DNA from: a virus
Virus record (IMG/VR): IMGVR_UViG_3300045988_118131
Length of the DNA stretch: 64,000 bases
Direction: 5' to 3' (one strand)
Part shown: positions 1 through 9,505 of the stretch, in pieces
How positions within the stretch are numbered: the first letter of the stretch is position 1
Layout: every line of letters begins with the position of its first letter
Position numbers and translations under genes: made by a program
The notes under the pieces: generated by a model
What the model saw: only the letters and a program-made list of their open reading frames with translations
Told to the model about the DNA's origin: nothing
The model's database searches: none

Positions 1-121
1 TATTTTTTATATATTTGTTTATATGGTATATTCAAATGAGTTGGTACTACTTTGACTTTGACGACTATTGGGAAAGCTATTTGCTATTATGGGATAAAAT
101 AATGGTAAAATTGAAAATAAA

Positions 122-415
122 ATGATAATTAAGAGAACTGTAGAAAAGGATATTTATGGAAGAGGTCCTGTAGAAGATTGTCAATACTTTGGTAAGGATG
201 CTGAAGAATTTCTTAAATCTATTAAATGGGATAAAAGCATTAACTACTTAGGAAAGGAATGTACTATAGATAAAGGACTGCAGGGAATTATAGTAGGAAT
301 AGAAGATTGTAATTCCTTTTGTGATTATTATTATATTGTTTATGTACCAGAATCTAAGCAAGTAATGTATGAATTAGCCAACAGCGCTGATTTTGTTAAG
401 ACAATTAAAATATGA
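122..415 (+). CDS. hypothetical protein (97 aa)
   Basis: ATG-initiated ORF. Its TGA stop overlaps the next start (ATGA). No recognisable motif. Confidence 0.5.
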   Translation: MIIKRTVEKDIYGRGPVEDCQYFGKDAEEFLKSIKWDKSINYLGKECTIDKGLQGIIVGIEDCNSFCDYYYIVYVPESKQVMYELANSADFVKTIKI

Positions 416-1089
416 AGAAAATAGTATTTTTAACAGGAGCAGGGATTTCAGCCGAATCTGGAATCCCTACATTTAGAGACGAAGTAACAGGTCTTTGGGA
501 AAATCATAGAGTAGAAGAAGTTGCAACAGCTGAAGCTATTAAAAATAATCCAGAACTTGTTTATAATTTTATAAATCAATTAAGATTTAAATATAAGGAT
601 TGTGTTCCAAATTTAGCCCATTATGATATTGCAGAACTAGAAAAGAAATATGAAGTTGTAGTAATTACTCAAAATGTAGATACTCTACATGAACAAGCTG
701 GTTCTACCAACGTTATTCATCTACATGGTAATTTGAATGAAGTGAGAGCTGTAGATAATGACAATTTAATCTTCACATATCCTTATGAAGGAATTACTCC
801 TAATACAGAAATTGAAGGACATAAAATAAGACCTCATATTGTACTATTTGGAGAGGATGTACCAATGATAGGAATAGCTGCTGAAGAATTAACAGATGCT
901 GATATTTGTGTAGTTATTGGGACTAGTTTCAACGTATATCCAGCTGCTGGTTTAATACAATATGTTCCTTATGGTAATCCAATTTATTATATTGATCCTA
1001 ATCCTGCTCCTACTCCTGAGTATCCTGACATTAAAGTTATCAAAGCTACTGCTACAGAAGGAATGAAACAATTAATCCAAAAACTATGA
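412..1089 (+). CDS. Sir2-family NAD-dependent protein deacylase-like protein (225 aa)
   Basis: Sirtuin motifs in order: GAGISAESGIPTFRD, ITQNVDTLHEQAGS..VIHLHG, VVIGTSFNVYPAAGL. No CxxC zinc-ribbon cysteines are visible. The gene ends TGA TAA. Confidence 0.85.
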   Translation: MKKIVFLTGAGISAESGIPTFRDEVTGLWENHRVEEVATAEAIKNNPELVYNFINQLRFKYKDCVPNLAHYDIAELEKKYEVVVITQNVDTLHEQAGSTNVIHLHGNLNEVRAVDNDNLIFTYPYEGITPNTEIEGHKIRPHIVLFGEDVPMIGIAAEELTDADICVVIGTSFNVYPAAGLIQYVPYGNPIYYIDPNPAPTPEYPDIKVIKATATEGMKQLIQKL

Positions 1090-1514
1090 TAAAATTAATT
1101 CCTATAGAAAATGAAGACCCTTACTATCATGTAATATTTAATTATATGATAGGAGATGCTGATGGAAGTACTACATATGATTTCACCTGTAACGAATCCG
1201 AGATAGAAGAGGTTGTTAAGTATGTAAGTATATTAAATAAGCTAAAACCTCTTCAAGATCATTGGGGTATATGCTTTGATAATTACTGCGGGATAGGATA
1301 TCCAGGAGAATATATTGGATTGTCTGAAGAAGAATATAATACATTTATAGAACTTCTAAGTTACGATGGTAACGATACTGTTAAAATAGAAATATATGAG
1401 CACCTAAGAAGTGAAACTGAGTACTCATTTTTAGTATTTCAAGGAGTTGAGATTTATTATTATGACGAAAATAACACTAAATATAAAGTAGAATGGGATC
1501 AGATTAAGGGATAG
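1086..1514 (+). CDS. hypothetical acidic protein (142 aa)
   Basis: ORF with an ATGA overlap to the upstream gene and a TAG stop. Confidence 0.5.
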   Translation: MIKLIPIENEDPYYHVIFNYMIGDADGSTTYDFTCNESEIEEVVKYVSILNKLKPLQDHWGICFDNYCGIGYPGEYIGLSEEEYNTFIELLSYDGNDTVKIEIYEHLRSETEYSFLVFQGVEIYYYDENNTKYKVEWDQIKG

Positions 1515-1611
1515 AATACGTAATAATGTGACAGTGATGATATAATCATTCACAGTGGTTTTGAAACTAAGAAATATTCAAATTTTCAATTATAATTAGA
1601 CATAAAATAAA

Positions 1612-2022
1612 ATGATATATTTTATAAGTGGACATAGAGATCTTTCTTATGAGGATTTCAAGAAATATTACATTCCAAAAATTAGAGAAGTATTGGAAAA
1701 TGATCCTTGGGCAGAATTTATAGTAGGAGATTGCAAAGGTGCTGATAAATATGCAATGGATTATATTTATAATAAAACAGGTAGAAAACTCACAATTTAC
1801 CACATGTTTGAATCCCCTAGAAATATTCCAGAAGGATATGAACCTCCAATTGGTATTGAAGAGATTCTAGACTGCTCAGTAAGTACTATATCTGGGTTTA
1901 AGTCTGATGAAGAAAGAGACTCAGCTATGACTAGAGATTCTGATTTCGACATTGCATTTGTAAAGGATGATAGATGGGATAGCGGAACAGCTCAAAATAT
2001 AAAAAGAAGACACAATATCTAA
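1612..2022 (+). CDS. hypothetical protein (136 aa), possibly SLOG/YpsA-like fold
   Basis: ATG ORF. The N-terminal pattern FISGHRD...FIVGDCKGADKYA resembles SLOG-type nucleotide-binding domains. This rests on weak recollection only. Confidence 0.45.
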   Translation: MIYFISGHRDLSYEDFKKYYIPKIREVLENDPWAEFIVGDCKGADKYAMDYIYNKTGRKLTIYHMFESPRNIPEGYEPPIGIEEILDCSVSTISGFKSDEERDSAMTRDSDFDIAFVKDDRWDSGTAQNIKRRHNI

Positions 2023-2024
2023 TT

Positions 2025-2801
2025 ATGAAACATAGTAGACGATATATTAAGAAACAACAGAAAGAAGAACTTATTAACAAAAAAGTCCTTCAACGTATTA
2101 TTAGAGAAAGCAGCCTTTGCCAACATGCAATAAATGAACTCAAATTAGCTGGGTATGGTAACGGTGAGGATGGTCCAACTAATTGGATGTACCAACAAGT
2201 TCTTGAAGCTATAGCTGTATTTAGTTCTCATGGTAACTCCGGAATGTCAGCTCCTTGGGAGATTGATCTCGTCAAAAGACTCTGTAATTGGGATGTTATT
2301 AGCCCTCTTCGTTTTACCGACGATGAATGGCAGCAAGTAAGTCCTCTAGGTGTTTACCAAAATAAACGAAAAAGTAATGTCTTTAAAGAACCAAATGGAG
2401 ACATTTGTTATAATGGAGCATTTACTAAAAGACCTACTGGGAGATACAGCTTTGAAACCAGACAATGGAGCGAGAACAAAAATCCTATTTGCTGGAGTGG
2501 AGGCTTGTTCGAACATAAAAATAACGTTTTAACTGGCAGATACTTTAGCACTTGCTTACTGCGAGACGTTGATAAGAATAGATGGATACCTGAACCCACA
2601 AGAACTATTGATTGTGTTGAAGTAGAAATAGCTCCAGATGATTGGATTATGGCTGTTGATGCTGATAATACTGATTTATTTTTGCTTTCTTGTGATTATA
2701 ATATTGTTTGGAAACAATGTCCTTGCTTAGAAGGTGTTCGTTTGGAAGATGTTACACCAGAATTATCAGACTTAGCTTATAACGAAGTAAAAAACAGCTA
2801 A
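2025..2801 (+). CDS. hypothetical protein (258 aa)
   Basis: ATG ORF starting directly after the previous stop. TAA stop. Confidence 0.55.
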   Translation: MKHSRRYIKKQQKEELINKKVLQRIIRESSLCQHAINELKLAGYGNGEDGPTNWMYQQVLEAIAVFSSHGNSGMSAPWEIDLVKRLCNWDVISPLRFTDDEWQQVSPLGVYQNKRKSNVFKEPNGDICYNGAFTKRPTGRYSFETRQWSENKNPICWSGGLFEHKNNVLTGRYFSTCLLRDVDKNRWIPEPTRTIDCVEVEIAPDDWIMAVDADNTDLFLLSCDYNIVWKQCPCLEGVRLEDVTPELSDLAYNEVKNS

Positions 2802-2804
2802 TTA

Positions 2805-3305
2805 ATGAGTAAGTACTTATTTTTAGATGTGGATGGAGTTTTGAATAGTGAAGCATTTTACACAGAAATATCTCAAAATGATAGAATGCTTAAAATACAT
2901 AAAGAAAATCCTAGTATGCCAGGACAAATGATATACAAGCTATCTAACTTCGATCCAAAAGCTGTAGAGAAACTTAATAGAATACTTAGAGAGACAGAGT
3001 GTAAATTAGTAGTATCCTCTAGTTGGAGATTTGATTCCGATTTAAAGGAGTTATTTAAAATGGTAGGTATCCAACAGGAAATCTTTGGGATAACAGGAAT
3101 AAGCCAAACCAGATATAGAGGATTTGAAATACAAAACTATTTAGATACTCAGAAGGATGTATTATCTTATTGTATATTGGATGATGATTGTGATATGTTG
3201 CCCACACAACTAGACAGTTTTATTCAAACTGATTTCAGAGTGGGATTAACTGAAGATAATGTTAACAAAGCAATTAATATATTAAACAAGTATGATGAAC
3301 ATTGA
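2805..3305 (+). CDS. HAD-superfamily phosphatase-like protein (166 aa)
   Basis: Motif I FLDVDGVL (DxDG), VVSSSWR, and a late ILDDD acidic motif. Confidence 0.65.
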   Translation: MSKYLFLDVDGVLNSEAFYTEISQNDRMLKIHKENPSMPGQMIYKLSNFDPKAVEKLNRILRETECKLVVSSSWRFDSDLKELFKMVGIQQEIFGITGISQTRYRGFEIQNYLDTQKDVLSYCILDDDCDMLPTQLDSFIQTDFRVGLTEDNVNKAINILNKYDEH

Positions 3306-3720
3306 TTTAATGATTCTTCAAGCGATGAAGGATAAACAGCAAGGAAAAGTTAAAACTTATAGAGCTATAAAATCTGAAATTCAAACGTTTAAAACAGCTA
3401 AAAACGCCAAACCTTATGATGAAGCTGCAGAAATAACTTTGTTGAAAAAAATGATTAAGCAGAGGGAGGATTCTATTCAACAATATACGGATGCTGGAAG
3501 AAAGGATTTAGCTGATTTAGAAAATATAGAACTCATGTATCTAAAGGAATTAATTCCAGAGGAGCCTACTAAAGAAGATATTCTAGATTGGCTTGAAGAT
3601 CACAGTTATACTAGCATAGAAAGAAAAGAAATGGGCAAAGTTATTAAAGAAATCAAAGCTAGTTTACCAGCAGCAGATGGAAAAATGGTTTCTGAAATTG
3701 TTAAAACTTTAATTAAATAA
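3292..3720 (+). CDS. GatB/YqeY domain protein (142 aa)
   Basis: Full-length YqeY-like pattern: LQAMKDKQ..., LKKMIKQREDSIQQYTDAGRKDLADLENIELMYLKELIPEE, GKVIKEIKASLPAADGKMVSEIVK. Confidence 0.8.
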   Translation: MMNIDLMILQAMKDKQQGKVKTYRAIKSEIQTFKTAKNAKPYDEAAEITLLKKMIKQREDSIQQYTDAGRKDLADLENIELMYLKELIPEEPTKEDILDWLEDHSYTSIERKEMGKVIKEIKASLPAADGKMVSEIVKTLIK

Positions 3721-3721
3721 C

Positions 3722-3886
3722 ATGGATAAATTTATAACTGCAGCAGTAATAGACAAAGCACTATACTTAGGAGGAAAATTGAATATTCGAGCAGAAGTAT
3801 CTTGCAGAGATAATAAGTGTGGTTATAAGTTAAGTTTAGGAGAACATAGATTTGAATTTTCTGATAGCAGGGCATGCGTGTTGTAG
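3722..3886 (+). CDS. small hypothetical protein (54 aa)
   Basis: ATG at 3722, TAG at 3884-3886. Below the ORF-track cutoff. It fills the gap between neighbouring genes. Confidence 0.3.
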   Translation: MDKFITAAVIDKALYLGGKLNIRAEVSCRDNKCGYKLSLGEHRFEFSDSRACVL

Positions 3887-3924
3887 AGGAAGAAGTAAAA
3901 CATCTAAAAATTTTATTTGGAAAT

Positions 3925-4583
3925 ATGAATAATAGTAAAAAATTTTTGCCTGTTTCTCCCCATTTGATTGGCATCAGTGGGAAGAAGCAGGCTGGATAGG
4001 TAAGAATACAATAGGTAAAATTATTCAGGCTATCCAAATGTGGTATTCTATTAATCCTGAAAAAAATATAGAGGAGTTTTGTACTCAATGCCTAGATCAG
4101 AACTTGGATACTAACAGATTTTCAAAGTTTAAATGTGTAAGTTTCGCTGACACTTTGAAGAAAATGGCTAGTACATTAACAGGATTTCCTGATGTTTCTA
4201 TGTGGGAATCTGCTAAAGTTAAAGATTTATATAATCCTACATTTGGAGTAACTAATAGAGAAATATTGCAAATATTAGGACAATCTCTTAGAGATAATCT
4301 AAGCCCAGATGTTTGGGTGAACGCTTTATTTGCCACATATTCTTCAAATGAAAACTGGATTGTTACTGATGTTAGAATGCCTAACGAAGTTAAAGCTATT
4401 AAAGATAGAGGAGGTATTATAATTAGAGTAAATAGAAATACTGAATATAATGACAACCACATTTCTGAAACAGCTTTAGATAACTATAAAGATTTCGATT
4501 TTGTAATAGATAATAATGAAGGTCTTGAAGAATTAGTTAAAAAAGTATTATGTATATGGAAGTCTGTAACAGAAAAAGTGTAA
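3925..4583 (+). CDS. deoxynucleoside monophosphate kinase (T4 gp1-like) with a frame break in the P-loop
   Basis: Frame 1 (ATG 3925) encodes MNNSKKFLPVSPHLIGISGKKQAG and then TAG at 3997-3999. The frame of ORF 4038..4583 is open from about 3940 and reads (G)KNTIGKIIQ from 3999. The C-terminus VTDVRMPNE...HISETALD...DNNEGLEELVKKV resembles T4 gp1. The two parts make a canonical GxxxxGK(N)T only if 5 nt (3997-4001) are skipped. Confidence 0.6.
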
Positions 4584-4759
4584 TGGCTAACTTAAAAGAT
4601 TTTGACCATTTGTCAAAAGAGCATGATTACATAGAAGTGACGCAGTGGAATAATGGAGAAGGTTGGGATATATTTATAAACGAAAGACATATATCTTTAA
4701 CTTATGGACAACTAGAAGCAATCAATTATTTAACAAAACATTTAGAGTTATCTAAATAA
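4550..4759 (+). CDS. hypothetical protein (69 aa)
   Basis: ATG ORF overlapping the end of the kinase gene. TAA stop, followed by a terminator. Confidence 0.4.
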   Translation: MYMEVCNRKSVMANLKDFDHLSKEHDYIEVTQWNNGEGWDIFINERHISLTYGQLEAINYLTKHLELSK

Positions 4760-4764
4760 ACGAA

Positions 4765-4818
4765 AGGGCAAGTACGGCTAGGATTATTCCTAACTGTGCT
4801 TGCCCTTATTTTTTTTTT
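4765..4818 (+). terminator. Rho-independent terminator closing the plus-strand module
   Basis: The 12-bp stem AAGGGCAAGTAC / GTGCTTGCCCTT (one mismatch) is followed by a run of 10 T. Confidence 0.75.
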
Positions 4819-4820
4819 GC

Positions 4821-4880
4821 CTTAACCATTTAAAAGATGAATCCAACTTAATTTTGGAGCTCTTCTTTTAAATGGTTAGG
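4821..4880. other. long hairpin element, copy A (homologous to 58015-58074)
   Basis: A 17-bp stem CTTAACCATTTAAAAGA / TCTTTTAAATGGTTAGG encloses a 26-nt loop. The stem and part of the loop recur at 58015-58074. Confidence 0.5.
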
Positions 4881-4891
4881 GCTTATTTTTT

Positions 4892-7800
4892 TTAAAATAA
4901 ATCTTTAGCTGCTGTATGAATGTAATCTGGATTTGGGAAATAATCATATAATGAATACTTCAACGGTCTTATGGCTCCAAAATTATCTATAAATACTCTA
5001 GCTATATTGAGCTTTCCATCAAACACATCCTCAATATCACTTAAAACATTTTCAGTAAAGTTTATAGCTGGTGCATTAAATTCGGTTGCTCCAGATAATA
5101 CTTTTTTAACATTAAGTTCATTACTTACATCTCTAGCCATCCCTATAAATGTTCTTTGAGATGGTGATAATTCTCCAACTTTTGTATCTCCTAAAGCTAG
5201 TTTTAACAAGTATTGTATCAACCAGTATAAGAAAAGTTCTTGTCCAGCAATTAGAGCATTACGTTTCTTTATAGGGTCTCTCCAAGCTGCTGTAGCTTTA
5301 TCTCTGTATGTAGGATCAAATATAGCTCTTGCTGGATTGTATATTAGATCTAATACAGACCAGAAGATGCCTTCTGTTACAGAGCCTTCCCATTTTATGT
5401 AAGGATGATCCGTAACTTCAGTAGTAATTTCTAATAGCTTACCATTTTCATCATACTTCATGTACAGTAACTCATTATTTTCATTTCTAGCTTGAGAAAA
5501 GTGCCCTCCAGCATATGTGCCTCTAGTTAAAAACCATTGATTTTTCTTAGCTGTAAGATACGTTTTAAAGTGTCCTATTATAGTAAATATTCCTGTTTTA
5601 AACACCTCAGATTTATTATCATTATCCATATAACCAAATAATGTATCAGCCTCCTGCTTAATTCCTGCAATTTCTAAATCAGTAAATGCTTGTGGTAGAT
5701 TGTCCTCTTTGGTTATAGCTCTTCTTACTCCATTGGAGTCTGTAATTTGATACCCTTGAGATATAAATCTATTCATCATGGCTTCATATAAAGCTCTTTG
5801 ATATTGAAATTCTTTTAGTAAATTCTTGGGAACTGAATTTTCAGAATCTTTATATTTAGCATATACATTGAACCTATTATCCTTTTTCCAATTATACATT
5901 AGTTGGTTGTCCTTAAACTCGTATGCATCATAGCATCCATATTTTTTCATGTATCCTACTAAAATAGTCATTCTATTTAGATAATCAGGAGCACGATTGC
6001 ACCAGAATAAGTTGCCATTAAATCTCAGAGGATCTCCTTGGAAATAGTTTAATCTAGATACTAGCTCGTCCTCAGACATGTTAGATATACCAAAAACCAT
6101 ATTTAGAGCCTCCAGCTTAGTCACTGTAGTAACTTGGTGTAAAGCATCTCCTCAAACGGTAGTATAAGCAGAGAGCATATCCTTTAAACCAATTTTATCC
6201 TTATCAAAGGCTGAATTAGCAATAGCTCTAGTATATAGTGTAAAGAATGATACCGCGGTTTCCTTTACGCCAGATTTTCAGTTAAATCCTAATATAGCTC
6301 CTGATGCCCATCTCTTTGCATGTGACATAATAGTATATAATTGTTTATTTTCAGACGATATTAATGACTCATCGAATACAGTTGTTTTGATATGGTCTGT
6401 AATAAATTGAATAGTTTTGTTTATATCTTTATCACTAGATATAAAGGAAGCGAGTCTTAAAATAGTTAGATTAGCTTGAATAGCTGGAAGTATTTTATTA
6501 TATTCATTTTCTCGTATATAAGCTAAATGCATAGTATCGCCAACTATCTCCAAATTAGTTTCAAATATAGACATAGGATCATCAAATCTTCCCTTGTCTT
6601 TTCTAGCTTTATCAACAAGTTGTGCTCTAGCCTCTAAAGTATTAGATGTAGCAAATATATTATACATCTCCATCATTAGATCGTCATTCAATTCTGTATA
6701 TGATTTTATTGAATTTTCCTCTACTACGTTCTTTCTATTAATTAACTCGTCAGTAACATTAGCATTAACGGCTCTCGATAAAGATATAATGTTTTTACTA
6801 TTGGCAATTCTAGAAGCTGTGCTAGCCTTCATAATACCTGCCATTAGCCATTGTCCACTTTTTCTCAAAGCCTCCTCAGACTGTCCTGGAAACCTTAAAG
6901 AATTTATGTCCTTTAAATAAAATTCCAAGAACTCTCTCTGAGCTGGAGTTAGAGATGTGTCAGACTTTGGATCTTTTAATAAAAAATACTTCTTGCCATT
7001 TTCCGAGGTGTCGAATAAATTTTTATAATCATATTCAGACATATTAAAGAATTTGTTAGAAGCTAGACCGTTACTCGCTTTGAATTTTTTATACCTGTCT
7101 ACAACTGCCATTTTGTAATTAAAATACTCAGAACGAATGTTATACCTGGTAGAATCTAAAGCCCTTTTAATAGGTTTAAACAATTCAATAGTATCAGAAG
7201 TATTTAGTTTAGTTGAATTAAGAAACTGTCTATTCAATCCCCCGTCTTTCCAAATATCTCCGAACCATTCAGCTAGTTTGGGAGCGTTATATGGATCCAC
7301 TTCTATTCCAGATAGATTAATAATAGCTTTAGCTACTTCAGCATACAGGGCTGATTCTAATGTTTCGTTAGGTTTATAGCCTCCTTCATAGAAGAAAAAC
7401 TTGTTTTTTAAATCTTCTAATAAATTATACAATTGTTTAAGCTGAGAATTTCTTTCCTCCGGAGTTAAATCGGTAGATGGTTTAGGTACTTCTTTTATCT
7501 TTCCTCTAATAGCATTACTGAGTCTTGTGGCACTCTTCAAACTGCTAATCCCTGTTTGTATTTCGTTATATACTTGATAAAATTTAATTAAAGGGTCTAA
7601 AAGTACTAAACTAGTGTTGTTCACTCCAGTTTTTCTTCGCAGCATATTATAATTGTACAACACCTTGTCTAATGAGTTTGGTTTTAAAGCTTTTTTAGCG
7701 TCAACGTTAACTACTGCAAGTTCATCAACTTCATAATCTTTTAAGTCGCCTTGAAGGATATTATCAGCTATTTCCAATAATTTTATTAACTCTATATTCC

Positions 7801-9505
7801 CTCTAGTAGCTGGCAGTATGTTAGAATCAGTTTCTACCGACTGGTCTGCATAAAAACTTCCCAATAGAGATCTGCCCTTTGGCAATTTAACCTGCATAGA
7901 CGGATCTAATCCTGTCATAGAAACAAAATCTACTTTCTTAGACCTATCATTTACAAGCATTATCACCCCCATATCAATAAGATCATCATTATCTACAACT
8001 TTCCATCCTTTCTCATAGGTATATTTAGAAAATAGTGTGTTTATATACGATTGATGTTCAGCATTTCTTAAATTAGGAAATAAAAAGTTGGCAGAAATAT
8101 ATTCATCACTGCTTCTGTTAACTATTTCCAGAGCCTCTTTAAAAGATTGCTTTATTTCTGATACTTGCTCACTTATTCTCTGATCTATAGTAGACAGATA
8201 ATCATCTAAGAATACACTAAGCTCTTCTTCTGTATTAAATATTTCATATTTATTACCTATAGAATCATAAAACTGGAATTTGCCTTCAGAATTTCTTTTT
8301 GTTTTTTCTATTAATGTCTGTTTTGCAACGTTAGAAAATTTATTACCATTTAAACATTCTACAGGAAAATACTTAGATAAAGTAGAAGAAACGGTTTCTT
8401 TTAGTTTTGATGTATTTAACTCTGTAATGCTATTTACTGGAAAAGCATCATTAAATTTCTTACTTAACTTAAAATTGTTCCTAATAGATACGTTTTCTGG
8501 ATTATAAACCGAAACACTGGAAACTATCTCGGCATTGTCCTCAATTTTTAGCTCTTCGTTCTCTTCCGATATTCCAGATTTATCTATATTTATTTCAATA
8601 GGAATTACAGATGTTAAAATCTTATTAGAATTAATTCCCTTATTATGCAGTAGTCTTCTATAAGTCTCTAACTGAAATCTCATAAAGTTTTTCTTATCAA
8701 TATCCCAGTTATCCATCTTGTCTTTAGACACTTTTACATCATATATATGTACAGAGCCATCTTTCTTTACTACAACAATATCCACCTTACCTCTTACTGT
8801 TGTATTAGAATCAACTGCCCCATCTATAACATATTCTGTATAAATTTTCTCTACATCGGGAGTATTTAGCTGAAATTTTAAGTCAGTCATTTGTTGGATA
8901 AAACTTTCCAGAGCTTCGTCAGTCATTCCTTTTAAAGTGGCATCTTTAGCAAAACCCTTAGTCCAAGAGGTGTTAAGTTTTATCCTAGCTTTAGATGGTG
9001 TTAACTTGACTTTAGTGTTGAAAATAATATCCGTTACGAAGTGTAATCCTCTACCTAATTGCTGAGAATAGCTCCAAGATGCAAATTCCTTATCAATTTC
9101 TTTGTTGGCTTGTTCGTCAGTTATTGTCGGATTCTCAGCCCTTATATCAGATACTTTTTTCTTTCTATAGTCATCCCTATTAATAGGATTAGCTAACTCA
9201 ACATTAGCAATCCAATCAAGTACTGAGATAGCTCCGTCAGTATAAGATATATTATCATCTATATTTAAATACTCAGCTAAAGCCTTAGCTCTTACTTCTT
9301 TCAACCTTTCTTTAGCCTCCTCTTGAGCAGAGTCTAATACATCTAGTGTGGTTTTATCAAAAGAAAATAAAGTATTGGAATTTTTTACTTCTTTAAGAAA
9401 CGACTGAAAGTTATCTAATAGCATATTATCTAAATCAGTCTCATTCTTTATCTTAATTTCTTTTCCATTTATTTTTAATGTATAGACACAATTTTTCATT
9501 AACAT
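4892..9505 (-). CDS. giant virion-associated protein (1537 aa with TGA read as sense)
   Basis: Track ORFs 4892..6124 and 6278..9505 share a frame. The interval between them contains only TGA at 6152-6154 and 6278-6280. ATG at 9503-9505, terminal TAA. The N-terminal region has a possible PD-(D/E)xK pattern (VDIVVV...IYDVKVSK). Confidence 0.7.

Noticed and set aside
3732-4462. Minus-strand ORFs 3732..4088 and 4097..4462
   Set aside because: They are antisense to the small plus-strand ORF and the dNMP kinase gene, which has clear family motifs. Their composition is low-complexity.
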